Source: Patescibacteria group bacterium (GTDB lineage Bacteria; Patescibacteriota; Patescibacteriia; Patescibacteriales; JBAZCA01). Taken from it: a stretch of 50,936 bases of DNA. The notes below the pieces were generated by a model that saw nothing but the letters and a program-made list of their open reading frames with translations, was not told the DNA's origin and searched no databases. Position numbers and translations under genes: made by a program. This document shows, one piece after another, positions 18,152-26,518 of the stretch; position 1 is the first letter of the stretch, and every line of letters begins with the position of its first letter. The stretch covers positions 1 through 50,936 of the forward strand of contig JBAZUF010000007.1 of NCBI GenBank assembly GCA_041661505.1. Direction: 5' to 3'.

Positions 18152-18180
18152 ATAATATCACAAAAGTAATAATTTGTCAA
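18152..18180 (-). promoter_or_regulatory. sigma70-type promoter for the hydrolase gene
   Basis: On the minus strand: TTGACA-17 nt-TATTAT. Confidence 0.5.
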
Positions 18181-18191
18181 TTATTTGGCAA

Positions 18192-18515
18192 TTATTTCTT
18201 CCTCCGGCTAACTGTTTTCTTATCCTTATATTTTTGTATGGCAATTCGCAGATGGTCTTTTACCTTGTCAATCGCCTTGTAAATATCCTTTTCGGTTTTC
18301 TCTACCCTTAAAAGTTCTCCCGGCAGGCTCAAATTAACTTCAGTCCGGTAAATTTTTCCCGAAGACTGCCCGCCGACAGCGAGCCCTACTTCGACATTGC
18401 AATTGGTCGGCCGAAAGCTTCCCATGTATTTTTCCAGCATATCCATCTTTTTTTGGATGTACTCTTTAATTTCCGGAGTCAGTTTGATTTTCGTCGCTTT
18501 AATTTGTATTTGCAT
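18192..18515 (-). CDS. hpf: ribosome hibernation promoting factor (short HPF/RaiA family)
   Basis: The MQIQIKATKIKLTPEIKEYIQKK... N-terminus is typical of HPF/YfiA. The ATG at 18515 is preferred over the TTG at 18524. Confidence 0.8.
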   Translation of the reverse strand: MQIQIKATKIKLTPEIKEYIQKKMDMLEKYMGSFRPTNCNVEVGLAVGGQSSGKIYRTEVNLSLPGELLRVEKTEKDIYKAIDKVKDHLRIAIQKYKDKKTVSRRKK

Positions 18516-18521
18516 GATATT

Positions 18522-18561
18522 CAATTATCAATTTTAAATTGATAATTGTTAATTGTTAATT
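18522..18561. repeat. perfect 27-bp AT-only palindrome (18522-18548) inside six 7-nt-periodic AATT heptads, between the response-regulator stop and the hpf start
   Basis: caattatcaattt-t-aaattgataattg. AATT starts at 18523, 18530, 18537, 18544, 18551 and 18558. Confidence 0.85.
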
Positions 18562-18936
18562 TATTTTTAAATATTCTTTCGCCCTTTCCGCTACCTCCCT
18601 GGGAATAAATTCGCTTTTATTCATAAAATCAAGGGCTCCTTCCTTTTTTACCATCGCCGGTAAATCTTTTTGGTTAAAATTAGACAGAATCACCACCTTG
18701 GTGTTTTTTATTTCCGGATCGCTCTTAATCGCCTTTAATATATCCCTTCCCTTTTCCGGTCCGAGCAAAAGATCAAGGAAAACCAAATCCGGATGCTCTT
18801 CTTTAATTGTTTCAAAGGCGGCGGCTTTGTTCTTGGCGGTAAAAACCAAATACCCAGCCTTAGTTAATTCCACCTCATACATAAGAACCTGATCCGGATC
18901 GTCTTCAATCAATAGAATCTTTTTTTTGTCAGTCAT
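18556..18936 (-). CDS. single-domain response regulator (CheY-like receiver)
   Basis: LLIEDDPD acidic pocket, phospho-acceptor D in VFLDLLL, ILSN, and conserved K in FMNKSEF. Confidence 0.88.
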   Translation of the reverse strand: MTDKKKILLIEDDPDQVLMYEVELTKAGYLVFTAKNKAAAFETIKEEHPDLVFLDLLLGPEKGRDILKAIKSDPEIKNTKVVILSNFNQKDLPAMVKKEGALDFMNKSEFIPREVAERAKEYLKIN

Positions 18937-18958
18937 AATTTTTCCTTTATCCTATGCT

Positions 18959-21109
18959 TTAGCTCCCGGCCAAAGTAATTAAAAAGGTAGATCCCTTCCC
19001 TTCTTCGGTTTTCTCGATGCAGATTTTTCCGCCTATGTGGCCTTCAACTATTTTTTTGACGATAAAGAGGCCGAGGCCGGTGCCGTCGGTATACATGGCG
19101 ATTGCGTTTTTAGCCCGGGAAAATTTGGAAAACAATTTCGGCATATCCTCTTTAGGGATGCCAATTCCGGTATCAATCACCCTAATCTCGACATTTTTGC
19201 CGTTTACCTTGGCATCTACGTCGATTTTTCCGCCCTTGGGCGTATATTGGATCGAATTGTTAACTAAATTGCCGATGGCCTGTTCCAAGTATCGATCATC
19301 CGCATTAAGAATAGGTAAAGGCTTAGCCGGCAGGTTTAGAGACAGCTTGATGCCGGAATTTTTTATCTGGATTTGCTTGTCTTCGATTAATTTTGTCAAA
19401 AGGACGTTTAGGTCGACTTTGGAAAACTTCAAAAGCACGTTTTCGGTATCCATTTCCGAGGCGCGCAATATATCATTAATTATTTCCGCCAGCTTGTTGG
19501 ATTTGAATAGCACGGCTTTTAAAAATTCGTCCACTTTTTCTTTCGCCAGTCCGCCTTCTAAAATCATCGAAATCATCCCCTTAATTACCGACACCGGGGT
19601 TCGGAGCTGGTGCGAGGCAATGTCTAAAAATTCCGACCGCATGATTAAGAGTTTTTCCAGATATTCGTTCTGCTTCCTTAATTCACCCGTCTTTTCCTCA
19701 ACTTTCTTCTGCAGGTTCTTATTCATTTCACCGATTTCTTTATACAACAACGCGTTTTCGATGGCAATTGTAGCCTGCGTACCGACTATATTCAGTACGT
19801 TGATATCCTCATCATTATACATGTCGCCCGATTCCTTTTCCCCTAAGGCAATGAGCCCGGTAACTTGGCCCTCAACGCCCAAGGGAGATAATGCGGCAAT
19901 TTTGTAGCTTTCCAAAAGCTGTATTGATTTTATTTTTTTAGGCGAATTTTCCCTTTTTAATTCCTCAACAATAACCGGAACTAAATCTTTTCCGTTCTGG
20001 CGATAGAGGCTTCTGGTGGCAAAAAATAATTTTTTACAGTCAATTTTACTGTTAAAATTGTCCTCGACAATGAAATCGTTATCCCTGTCTTTCACCAATG
20101 TTAGCATCGATTTTACATGAAAAGCGTCGTTTATTGTGCTAAAAATTATATTATAAATCTTGTTCGGATCCAAAGTTGATTTTAGCTTGTCGCCTAACCC
20201 GGTAATCAGCGCGTTGCTGTCATAAAGTGATGTAAAAAAGTATCGGTTAGAAACGTTTTGAAAATAATCTTTTATATTGGGAAGTAAGAATATAACAACG
20301 GCAAGTATAGTGAATTCAGAGAATAATTCGTGCCCGACAAAAAATTTATTAAAAACGAATCTAACGCCAAAAGCTATGCCTAAAGCGGAGAATAAGGTCA
20401 ATATAAATACCGTCCATTTACGGAGCACTAACCTAATATCCATGAGATGGTGGACGATAATTGAATAGCCGAAGACAACGGAGTAAGCGACGACTAATGG
20501 ACTTCCCAGAGGAGGAAACCAGTCCTTACCCATCATCAGCGGAAAATTCGTCGAACCTCCCAAGAAACCAAGTATGGAACCGAACAAAACGTACTTAATT
20601 TGTTCGCGATAAACGCCAGTCGCGTGGCGCAATTCCTTTAGCAATAAAATTATTCCGTACAATATCAGACTTAGCCACCCGACTACAAGAAAAGTTATGT
20701 AGAGCCAGCCGGCTTGGGGGAAGAAAATAAAATAAAATATTTCCTTAGTCCCGCTTATATAGTGCTTACTATAACTAAATAGCAGGAATACCGAAGTAAT
20801 AAGATAATAAAAAATCAAAGTTTTCTTTCTTTTCTTTCCAAGAACGTTTAAAATCCAGTTTATATAAAAAACCGGGATTAGCGTTGCTCCCATGTTTAAG
20901 GTTCTTGACCAAAAAAGGGCGGCCTCCTGGCTCTTGCATAAAAGCCAGACTCCGTATGAAAAACTCCATATTACTACTCCAAGCGACAGGAATCCAAAAG
21001 ACCGATTGACTGGATTTTTTATATCTTTACGCAGAACCGAAAACCCTAAAAGTACCGCGACAACGGCAATTACAAAATGGCTTACAATGAAAAAGTTTAG
21101 ATCCAGCAT
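18959..21109 (-). CDS. sensor histidine kinase with a multi-TM N-terminal domain, a GAF-like domain, HisKA and HATPase_c
   Basis: About 8 hydrophobic helices, H-box SHQLRTPV, N-box LVNNSIQYTP and G-boxes IDTGIGI / GTGLGL. Confidence 0.9.
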   Translation of the reverse strand: MLDLNFFIVSHFVIAVVAVLLGFSVLRKDIKNPVNRSFGFLSLGVVIWSFSYGVWLLCKSQEAALFWSRTLNMGATLIPVFYINWILNVLGKKRKKTLIFYYLITSVFLLFSYSKHYISGTKEIFYFIFFPQAGWLYITFLVVGWLSLILYGIILLLKELRHATGVYREQIKYVLFGSILGFLGGSTNFPLMMGKDWFPPLGSPLVVAYSVVFGYSIIVHHLMDIRLVLRKWTVFILTLFSALGIAFGVRFVFNKFFVGHELFSEFTILAVVIFLLPNIKDYFQNVSNRYFFTSLYDSNALITGLGDKLKSTLDPNKIYNIIFSTINDAFHVKSMLTLVKDRDNDFIVEDNFNSKIDCKKLFFATRSLYRQNGKDLVPVIVEELKRENSPKKIKSIQLLESYKIAALSPLGVEGQVTGLIALGEKESGDMYNDEDINVLNIVGTQATIAIENALLYKEIGEMNKNLQKKVEEKTGELRKQNEYLEKLLIMRSEFLDIASHQLRTPVSVIKGMISMILEGGLAKEKVDEFLKAVLFKSNKLAEIINDILRASEMDTENVLLKFSKVDLNVLLTKLIEDKQIQIKNSGIKLSLNLPAKPLPILNADDRYLEQAIGNLVNNSIQYTPKGGKIDVDAKVNGKNVEIRVIDTGIGIPKEDMPKLFSKFSRAKNAIAMYTDGTGLGLFIVKKIVEGHIGGKICIEKTEEGKGSTFLITLAGS

Positions 21110-21156
21110 AATTAGCGCCTGGAAATAAGATATAAACGAGTTAGCTTGCTAAAGTA

Positions 21157-22113
21157 TTATTCGAGCCGGGCTACGGTCATTTTGTGGTGATGCAAAGGTT
21201 CATCATAAAATTCGCCGATCGGTTTCCAGCCGGTAGCTTCAAGAATATCCAATACATCCTGGTTTGTTTTGTAATCCATATACCAGCCGGTAACTTTCAT
21301 CAAAAAATCAGTCAGGGGATCATCATATATGAGTTCTTTCTGGGCGGTACTGCAGATAACGAGCCCACCGGGTTTTGAGAACAGCCTCATGCTTTTCATC
21401 ACTCTTTTGCTAACGTCCATCGGTAGCGGGCACAGCACCCCGACCAGAATTATTAAGTCAGCCTGTCGCAGATCGGCTTGGGAATATTTTTTGCATTCAA
21501 AGCTAAAACACTCCTCCATGCCGTTTTCTTTCACTAATTTTTTTCCTATGTTGACTGCGGCCGGATCAATATCAATATTCCTTATCTGCACCTTCTTCTT
21601 CCATTCAGGATATTTTTTTAATACTTCAACCATATCCCTCCCTGGCCCGGAAGCGACATTGTCGATTAACAGTCTCTCTCCCTTATAAATTTTCTCCAGC
21701 CATAACGGAATATTATCCCTTAAAGCAATCAGCCGGCGGTGAATCTGGGTTCCAGCCTTGCTCTTTAAATAATATTGGTCAACCGGCGGTACTTTGTCTT
21801 GTTCGTAAGCCAGATATAAATATTCAAAGGCTTCGGCCGAACCGGGAAATCTCTTAATAATTTTTGCTGTTTCGGAATTTTTGAGCATAAAATCAAGAAT
21901 ATCCTTGGTTAAAGGGTTGTCTGGTTCAAATAAACATTCCTTAAATTTAACTTGGATATCGGGCGGGAAAGTGCTTAGTAAATATCTTGCTTCTTCAGTT
22001 TCCAAAATCCTTTGCTTTAAGCAATGAACCAGCTCCTTAGAATACAGCGAACGGTCAAAACTAAAATCAAGAGAAGTTTTCTTCTTATTTTTCAAAAACG
22101 CTAAATTAAACAT
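21157..22113 (-). CDS. class I SAM-dependent methyltransferase
   Basis: Motif I-like LLIDNVASGPGRD followed by an acidic-loop IRNIDID pattern. Confidence 0.6.
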   Translation of the reverse strand: MFNLAFLKNKKKTSLDFSFDRSLYSKELVHCLKQRILETEEARYLLSTFPPDIQVKFKECLFEPDNPLTKDILDFMLKNSETAKIIKRFPGSAEAFEYLYLAYEQDKVPPVDQYYLKSKAGTQIHRRLIALRDNIPLWLEKIYKGERLLIDNVASGPGRDMVEVLKKYPEWKKKVQIRNIDIDPAAVNIGKKLVKENGMEECFSFECKKYSQADLRQADLIILVGVLCPLPMDVSKRVMKSMRLFSKPGGLVICSTAQKELIYDDPLTDFLMKVTGWYMDYKTNQDVLDILEATGWKPIGEFYDEPLHHHKMTVARLE

Positions 22114-22212
22114 AATTTTAGAGCTTTCCTATCTGAATTTGTTTTAAATTCTCTTTCGCTCCTCCTGTAATAATTCTACCATAATCAGGAACGGTACCGC
22201 AATAAAATCCGC

Positions 22213-22899
22213 TTAGGCGTTCGGGCTGGTCTTGTATTCCATTTCCGCCAACCGGGCAATCCCCTTCATAATTACATTAGTTGCCAGCCGATAATTATTC
22301 TTTAAGTCCAAATTATTTGAAAAGCGGCTCAAATTTATGGCTTGTCCAATTTCGATTTTAACAATCTTCTTCATAGCGGGCAATATTTTATAATGCGGTA
22401 ATATTTCGTATGTATTTTTTATTCCGACTGGTATGACCGGCACTCCGGACTCCAGCGCAAAGCGAGCTACTCCGGTAAAGGCTTTTTCGATCTTTCCGTT
22501 CCGGCTTCGGGTGCCTTGAGGGAAAATTGCCAGGATTTTATTGTTTTTAAGAGCTTCCAGGCCGGCGGCAATCACTTCGTTTTTATCCGGAGCCTTGCGG
22601 TCAACTTTTATCTGGCCGGTGTAAATCATTAATTGCTTCAGGCATGGAGCGCTAAACATTCTTTCGGCCGCTAAAAAAGTCAGTCTAACATCCGGCAAAG
22701 CGCTCATCAGGCAGATAATATCCATGTAGCTTTGGTGGTTGGCGGCAATTATGTAAGGGCCTTTTTTAGGTAAATTTTCCTTTCCCTTTATTTCTTTTAT
22801 CCAGATTAGCCGGACCAAAGGCATAAGAAGCCGAAGTATTGCATATAAAAGCTTGCCTCTAATCGTATTTTCTTTGCCAATGGAGAATTGTTTACTCAT
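22213..22899 (-). CDS. plsC: 1-acyl-sn-glycerol-3-phosphate acyltransferase
   Basis: NHQSYMD (HX4D) and FPQGTRS motifs. Confidence 0.85.
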   Translation of the reverse strand: MSKQFSIGKENTIRGKLLYAILRLLMPLVRLIWIKEIKGKENLPKKGPYIIAANHQSYMDIICLMSALPDVRLTFLAAERMFSAPCLKQLMIYTGQIKVDRKAPDKNEVIAAGLEALKNNKILAIFPQGTRSRNGKIEKAFTGVARFALESGVPVIPVGIKNTYEILPHYKILPAMKKIVKIEIGQAINLSRFSNNLDLKNNYRLATNVIMKGIARLAEMEYKTSPNA

Positions 22900-23147
22900 A
22901 GTCTTACCTAATTTTACACTATATTTTTTATTTCTTCAAATTTTTATTTTTGCGTATTTAGACTATTAAACATAGCTGAACATTGTTTTTATTTAGTTAT
23001 TATGCTAATATTGCCGTATAAACCACGTATATTTTAAAAAATCACAACTTTATTGAAATATCAACACAAATAACAAGGGCTAGTGTTGGCCATTTATTGG
23101 GCGAACACTAAAAAAGCAGTGCACTTTTTAAAACGTGGGGGAAGGAC

Positions 23148-23420
23148 ATGAATATTCGCATCGTCGTTTGTATTTTTCTCGTTGTCGCCACTCTCTCCGG
23201 ATGCGCCTCATCCAGCGGCCAACGGGCCGCAAACATGGCAACCGGCGCCGCCATCGGAGCTCCGACTGGAGCGGTGCTAGGATTTCTAGGAGGAGCCCTG
23301 GCTGGCGAAGGGGGGTCTGCGTTCGGAACCTGGGTTGGTGCCGCCGCTGGCGCAGGTGTTGGCGCGTTCATCGGGTCAATGGTCCCCGTTGACGACGAAC
23401 AAAGGCCCGTAACTCCATGA
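23148..23420 (+). CDS. small lipoprotein with a glycine-zipper domain (SlyB/17-kDa-antigen-like)
   Basis: Signal peptide ending in the lipobox LSGC, then GxxxG-rich AAIGAPTGAVLGFLGGALAGEGG...GAAAGAGVGAFIG. GGGGGAAGGA lies just upstream of the ATG. The first 100 nt are 56% GC by hand count; the remainder looks richer still. Confidence 0.7.
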   Translation: MNIRIVVCIFLVVATLSGCASSSGQRAANMATGAAIGAPTGAVLGFLGGALAGEGGSAFGTWVGAAAGAGVGAFIGSMVPVDDEQRPVTP

Positions 23421-23454
23421 TCCTTACTCGCCAAGATTCTTTTTCTTGGCCAAA

Positions 23455-23500
23455 CAAAAACCCGCGTTCAGGAGATCGCGGGTTTTCTTCTTTTATTTTG
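23455..23500. terminator. bidirectional intrinsic terminator between convergent genes
   Basis: aaaAACCCGCG-ttcaggagat-CGCGGGTTttcttctttt. There is a U-tract on both strands. Confidence 0.75.
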
Positions 23501-23519
23501 AAATTAGTTTAAAATAAAA

Positions 23520-23885
23520 CTACGCAATCTCAACCGCTTCAACCGGCTTTCCCTCTAACTTTCTGATTCTCTTTTCAAAACGGTCGTGGGCCAATAAGTT
23601 CGTATCATGCTCTTCTTTGTGATCTTCAAAGCTTTTGGTCAGCTTATCTACGGAATTTAATATTTCGCTCTTCCATTGAAACATATCGTCCTTGGTCGGT
23701 AAATCCTTAAAGTCTTCCTTTGTGGCAAAAGTCTTAAACATTTTTTTTCCAAACTCCTCAAATCTCTGATCCGTTTTCTCATCTATTTTTTTTCCAAACT
23801 CCTCAAATCTCTGATCTAATTCCTGCCTAAGAAACCCTTTGGTAATAGGTTCTCTTTCTTGATTTGGCGTTAAAATAGTTGTCAT
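23520..23885 (-). CDS. hypothetical coiled-coil protein (121 aa) with an internal exact duplication
   Basis: DQRFEEFGKK is encoded twice by a perfect 31-nt direct repeat (23742-23772 and 23787-23817, period 45 nt). Confidence 0.55.
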   Translation of the reverse strand: MTTILTPNQEREPITKGFLRQELDQRFEEFGKKIDEKTDQRFEEFGKKMFKTFATKEDFKDLPTKDDMFQWKSEILNSVDKLTKSFEDHKEEHDTNLLAHDRFEKRIRKLEGKPVEAVEIA

Positions 23886-23891
23886 ACCCCC

Positions 23892-24146
23892 TTATTTAAT
23901 TCTTAATAATAATTTTGGAAATACTTTTCCTAAAATTTTTATAGATTCTTTCGCGCAATCAGTACATAAATCTAAGTATTCGAGAAAACATCTGCTTATA
24001 GCTACCCCATAAGTGTCATTCAAACTAATCCTTACATGTTCTTTTTTAAGTGTTCTATTGCATTTATCGCATTTTGTAATAGTTGCCATATATTTTTTTC
24101 TTGTTTGATCATTATAGCTCTTTTGCATTTCCCGGTCAATTTTCAT
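23892..24146 (-). CDS. hypothetical zinc-ribbon protein (84 aa, or 65 aa from an internal Met)
   Basis: CDKC...CTDC pair of CxxC motifs. Confidence 0.45.
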   Translation of the reverse strand: MKIDREMQKSYNDQTRKKYMATITKCDKCNRTLKKEHVRISLNDTYGVAISRCFLEYLDLCTDCAKESIKILGKVFPKLLLRIK

Positions 24147-24178
24147 CGGTTCACCCCTATTCCAGCGCGTCCGCCAGC

Positions 24179-26449
24179 CTACTTCGCCTCAATTTGCTTA
24201 ATAAACTGCAGGGCGGCTGATTTTAGGCTGGGGTCGATTTCCCCGACTTTGGCGGCCGATGCCTTGGCCGACTCCTTATCGCCCAGCTGTAATTGGATTT
24301 TAGCCAAATCCACCCAATGCTGGGGATTATTCGGCTCCATCTCGGCCAGCCGGCCCATTAAATTTTTCATTCTTTCCCATTCGTTTTTCGGCTGATAATA
24401 TGCAAATAGCACTTTAACGTAATCAGCCGAAGTAATTGACGACACGCCGCCTAAATCAAGGCACTGCCCGGAGAGCTCGTAGGCTTTGGCCTCGTCTTTC
24501 TTAAAATAGTAAATCCGCGATAAATGGCAGTAAGTTTCCGCGTATTTTGGATTAAGTTTTTGCGCGTATTGCAAAACTTCAATCGCCTTGTCAATTTCTC
24601 CCCGGCTTAAAAAAACCTGGGCCCGCTCAAAGTAAACCGGCACCCTTCCCGGGCTCGACGCGATCGCCTTGTCAATCGCCTCTTCGGCTAATTTCGAATA
24701 ATAATAAAATTTATCCGAATTGGAAAAATAGGCCGAGGCCAGGTAATACATCTGCCCCAAGACCAGTTCGTACATGCTGTCGGCCGGATTCAATTTTGCG
24801 TTTTTTTCCGCCAGCTCAACTCCGTATTTAATAATTTCTTCCCCTTTATCCGGCGCGAGCGAGAAAAGCAGGGGGCTGTTTTTTGTAAGGGAAACGACAA
24901 AGGTATTCCGCGAATCGCGATCTAAGGGAGTATTATAGCTTAAGGCTTTTTTGTACGCTTCGGTCGCTTTTATAATATCCCGGTTAACGCTGAATTCCAT
25001 CTGGCCGTCAATCGTTGCGGAGAGCATTTCTATCGGCTTAATATTGTACTGATAAACAACTATTAGCATAACAATCCCGGCGACGGTTCCAATAGCCAGC
25101 CCGTTTGCTTTAATTTGCCTTTCTAAATCAATTATTTCTTCCCATTCATCTTCCTCCTCTTCTCTGTCTTCGCCCGGGGCGCCGCCGGCCAGCCAATGAA
25201 TATAAGCTAAAAGGATCATCAGGGGAATGTAGGTCGCCAGGGCGTCAAAAACAAAAAGGTTCTGCAAAAAATAGGCGATAATCAGGGTGGTTAAAAGTCC
25301 GAATTGGGTTAGGTCCAGCCGCCCGGCCCGGTAGCCGCGGATTAAGAGGTAAAAGCAAATCGCGAAAACGGCTAAATAAGTTAAGGCCCCCAATCCCCCG
25401 GCAGTTGAGGCAATATCGACTAAATTATTATGGGCCCGGTCAAAATAAGTTTCCGAGGAAGTATAGTTATAAAAATTCGGGTCAAAATATTTGTCAAACG
25501 TAATGGCAAAATTTCCGTAGCCGGTGCCTAAAATCGGATGCGAGGGGAAATCTTTGGCCGCTGTTTTCCAGGATATAAGCCGGGTTTGCAGGGTCGCGTC
25601 CGTTAATTTACTAGTTGTAATTCTCCTTAAAAAGGCTGAATTTTTTACCAGCCCCGCGTCTTTATAGGCAAATATCAATACAACCGAAACAATAGCTAAA
25701 AATATCAAAGCGCCGCTAATTTTTTTGGCTTTTTTGTTTTCTCCTAAAAATACGTAAAGCAAAAGGAAGATTATTACTCCTATGCCAAAGCCGAGGTAAG
25801 CGCCGCGGGTTCCGGAAAAAATTAAGGCGATAAAAGCTAAAAGTCCGGCCGCCGCGTATAAAGCGTTGATCAGCCGGTTTTTTTCCTTCAGCATTAATAT
25901 GGCGATGAAGTAAAGGCTGAAAATCGCGAAGGCGCCGACGTAAGCCGCGTTGCCGATCGTTGAAATTACCCGGTCGGTTCCCCAGGGGCTATTAAAAATC
26001 CCGTAGCGCTGGCCGATGCCGACAATGCTCACTATTACCGAAATAAGGGTAAAGGCGATAAAAAGCAGTTTCCAGTCTTTCCATCGCCGGAACACGGTAA
26101 TAATAATTAGGTAAAATAAAAGGAAATGCGCTAAGTGAAACCACCCGAGCATCCTTTCAATATCCCCCCAAAAGCTTAGATTAAAATCAACGCTGAAAAT
26201 TGTCGAAATAAGGAGCGCCAAAAAAAACGCGCCAATCCCGTAAGTAACCAGGCTTTTTTTCGGCCGGGCTTCGGGGTATTGCAGAATAAAGAAAATCCAA
26301 ATTACGCCCAATATTTCCAAAAGGATATTAAAGTAAATCTGCTTGGAGGTTATATAGGGAAAAAGGAGATTTTCAAAAACTAAAATCAGCGATATGAACG
26401 CCAGGCAGACTCCGCCGATAAGGATGTTTTTATAGTATTTGGCCGGCAT
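24179..26449 (-). CDS. Wzy_C (O-antigen ligase-like) polytopic membrane protein fused to C-terminal TPR repeats
   Basis: More than 10 TM helices and a SGTRGAYLG...GTGYGNF...AHNNLVDI pattern, followed by TPR-like repeats. Confidence 0.8.
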   Translation of the reverse strand: MPAKYYKNILIGGVCLAFISLILVFENLLFPYITSKQIYFNILLEILGVIWIFFILQYPEARPKKSLVTYGIGAFFLALLISTIFSVDFNLSFWGDIERMLGWFHLAHFLLFYLIIITVFRRWKDWKLLFIAFTLISVIVSIVGIGQRYGIFNSPWGTDRVISTIGNAAYVGAFAIFSLYFIAILMLKEKNRLINALYAAAGLLAFIALIFSGTRGAYLGFGIGVIIFLLLYVFLGENKKAKKISGALIFLAIVSVVLIFAYKDAGLVKNSAFLRRITTSKLTDATLQTRLISWKTAAKDFPSHPILGTGYGNFAITFDKYFDPNFYNYTSSETYFDRAHNNLVDIASTAGGLGALTYLAVFAICFYLLIRGYRAGRLDLTQFGLLTTLIIAYFLQNLFVFDALATYIPLMILLAYIHWLAGGAPGEDREEEEDEWEEIIDLERQIKANGLAIGTVAGIVMLIVVYQYNIKPIEMLSATIDGQMEFSVNRDIIKATEAYKKALSYNTPLDRDSRNTFVVSLTKNSPLLFSLAPDKGEEIIKYGVELAEKNAKLNPADSMYELVLGQMYYLASAYFSNSDKFYYYSKLAEEAIDKAIASSPGRVPVYFERAQVFLSRGEIDKAIEVLQYAQKLNPKYAETYCHLSRIYYFKKDEAKAYELSGQCLDLGGVSSITSADYVKVLFAYYQPKNEWERMKNLMGRLAEMEPNNPQHWVDLAKIQLQLGDKESAKASAAKVGEIDPSLKSAALQFIKQIEAK

Positions 26450-26518
26450 AAAATGATTAATTTTTGGCTTAATTAGAGCCTAGATAAAAATCGAAGCGCG
26501 AATGAATTATTAAGCTTC

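Noticed and set aside
19017-19907. A 296-aa plus-strand ORF is antisense to the histidine kinase gene. Similar long antisense or alternative-frame ORFs occur at 5805-6374, 6384-6794, 11074-11637, 27707-28333, 28539-29099, 37555-37998, 40389-41236 and 42969-43373.
   Set aside because: Each lies fully inside a longer ORF with clear family motifs. Their products are low-complexity Ser/Phe/Ile/Leu-rich sequences typical of antisense reading of AT-rich genes.
20565-20605. A CGAACAAA...TTTGTTCG inverted repeat inside the histidine kinase gene resembles a Cheo-type SOS box.
   Set aside because: The spacing is far larger than N4. It lies deep inside a CDS and does not match the GTTC-N7-GTTC form seen at the lexA promoters.
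23108-23434. ORFs of 108 aa (minus strand) and 85 aa (plus strand, other frame) overlap the small lipoprotein gene.
   Set aside because: They are high-GC artefacts with Pro/Ala/Arg-rich products. Only the 23148-23420 frame has a ribosome-binding site, a signal peptide with lipobox, and a coherent glycine-zipper sequence.
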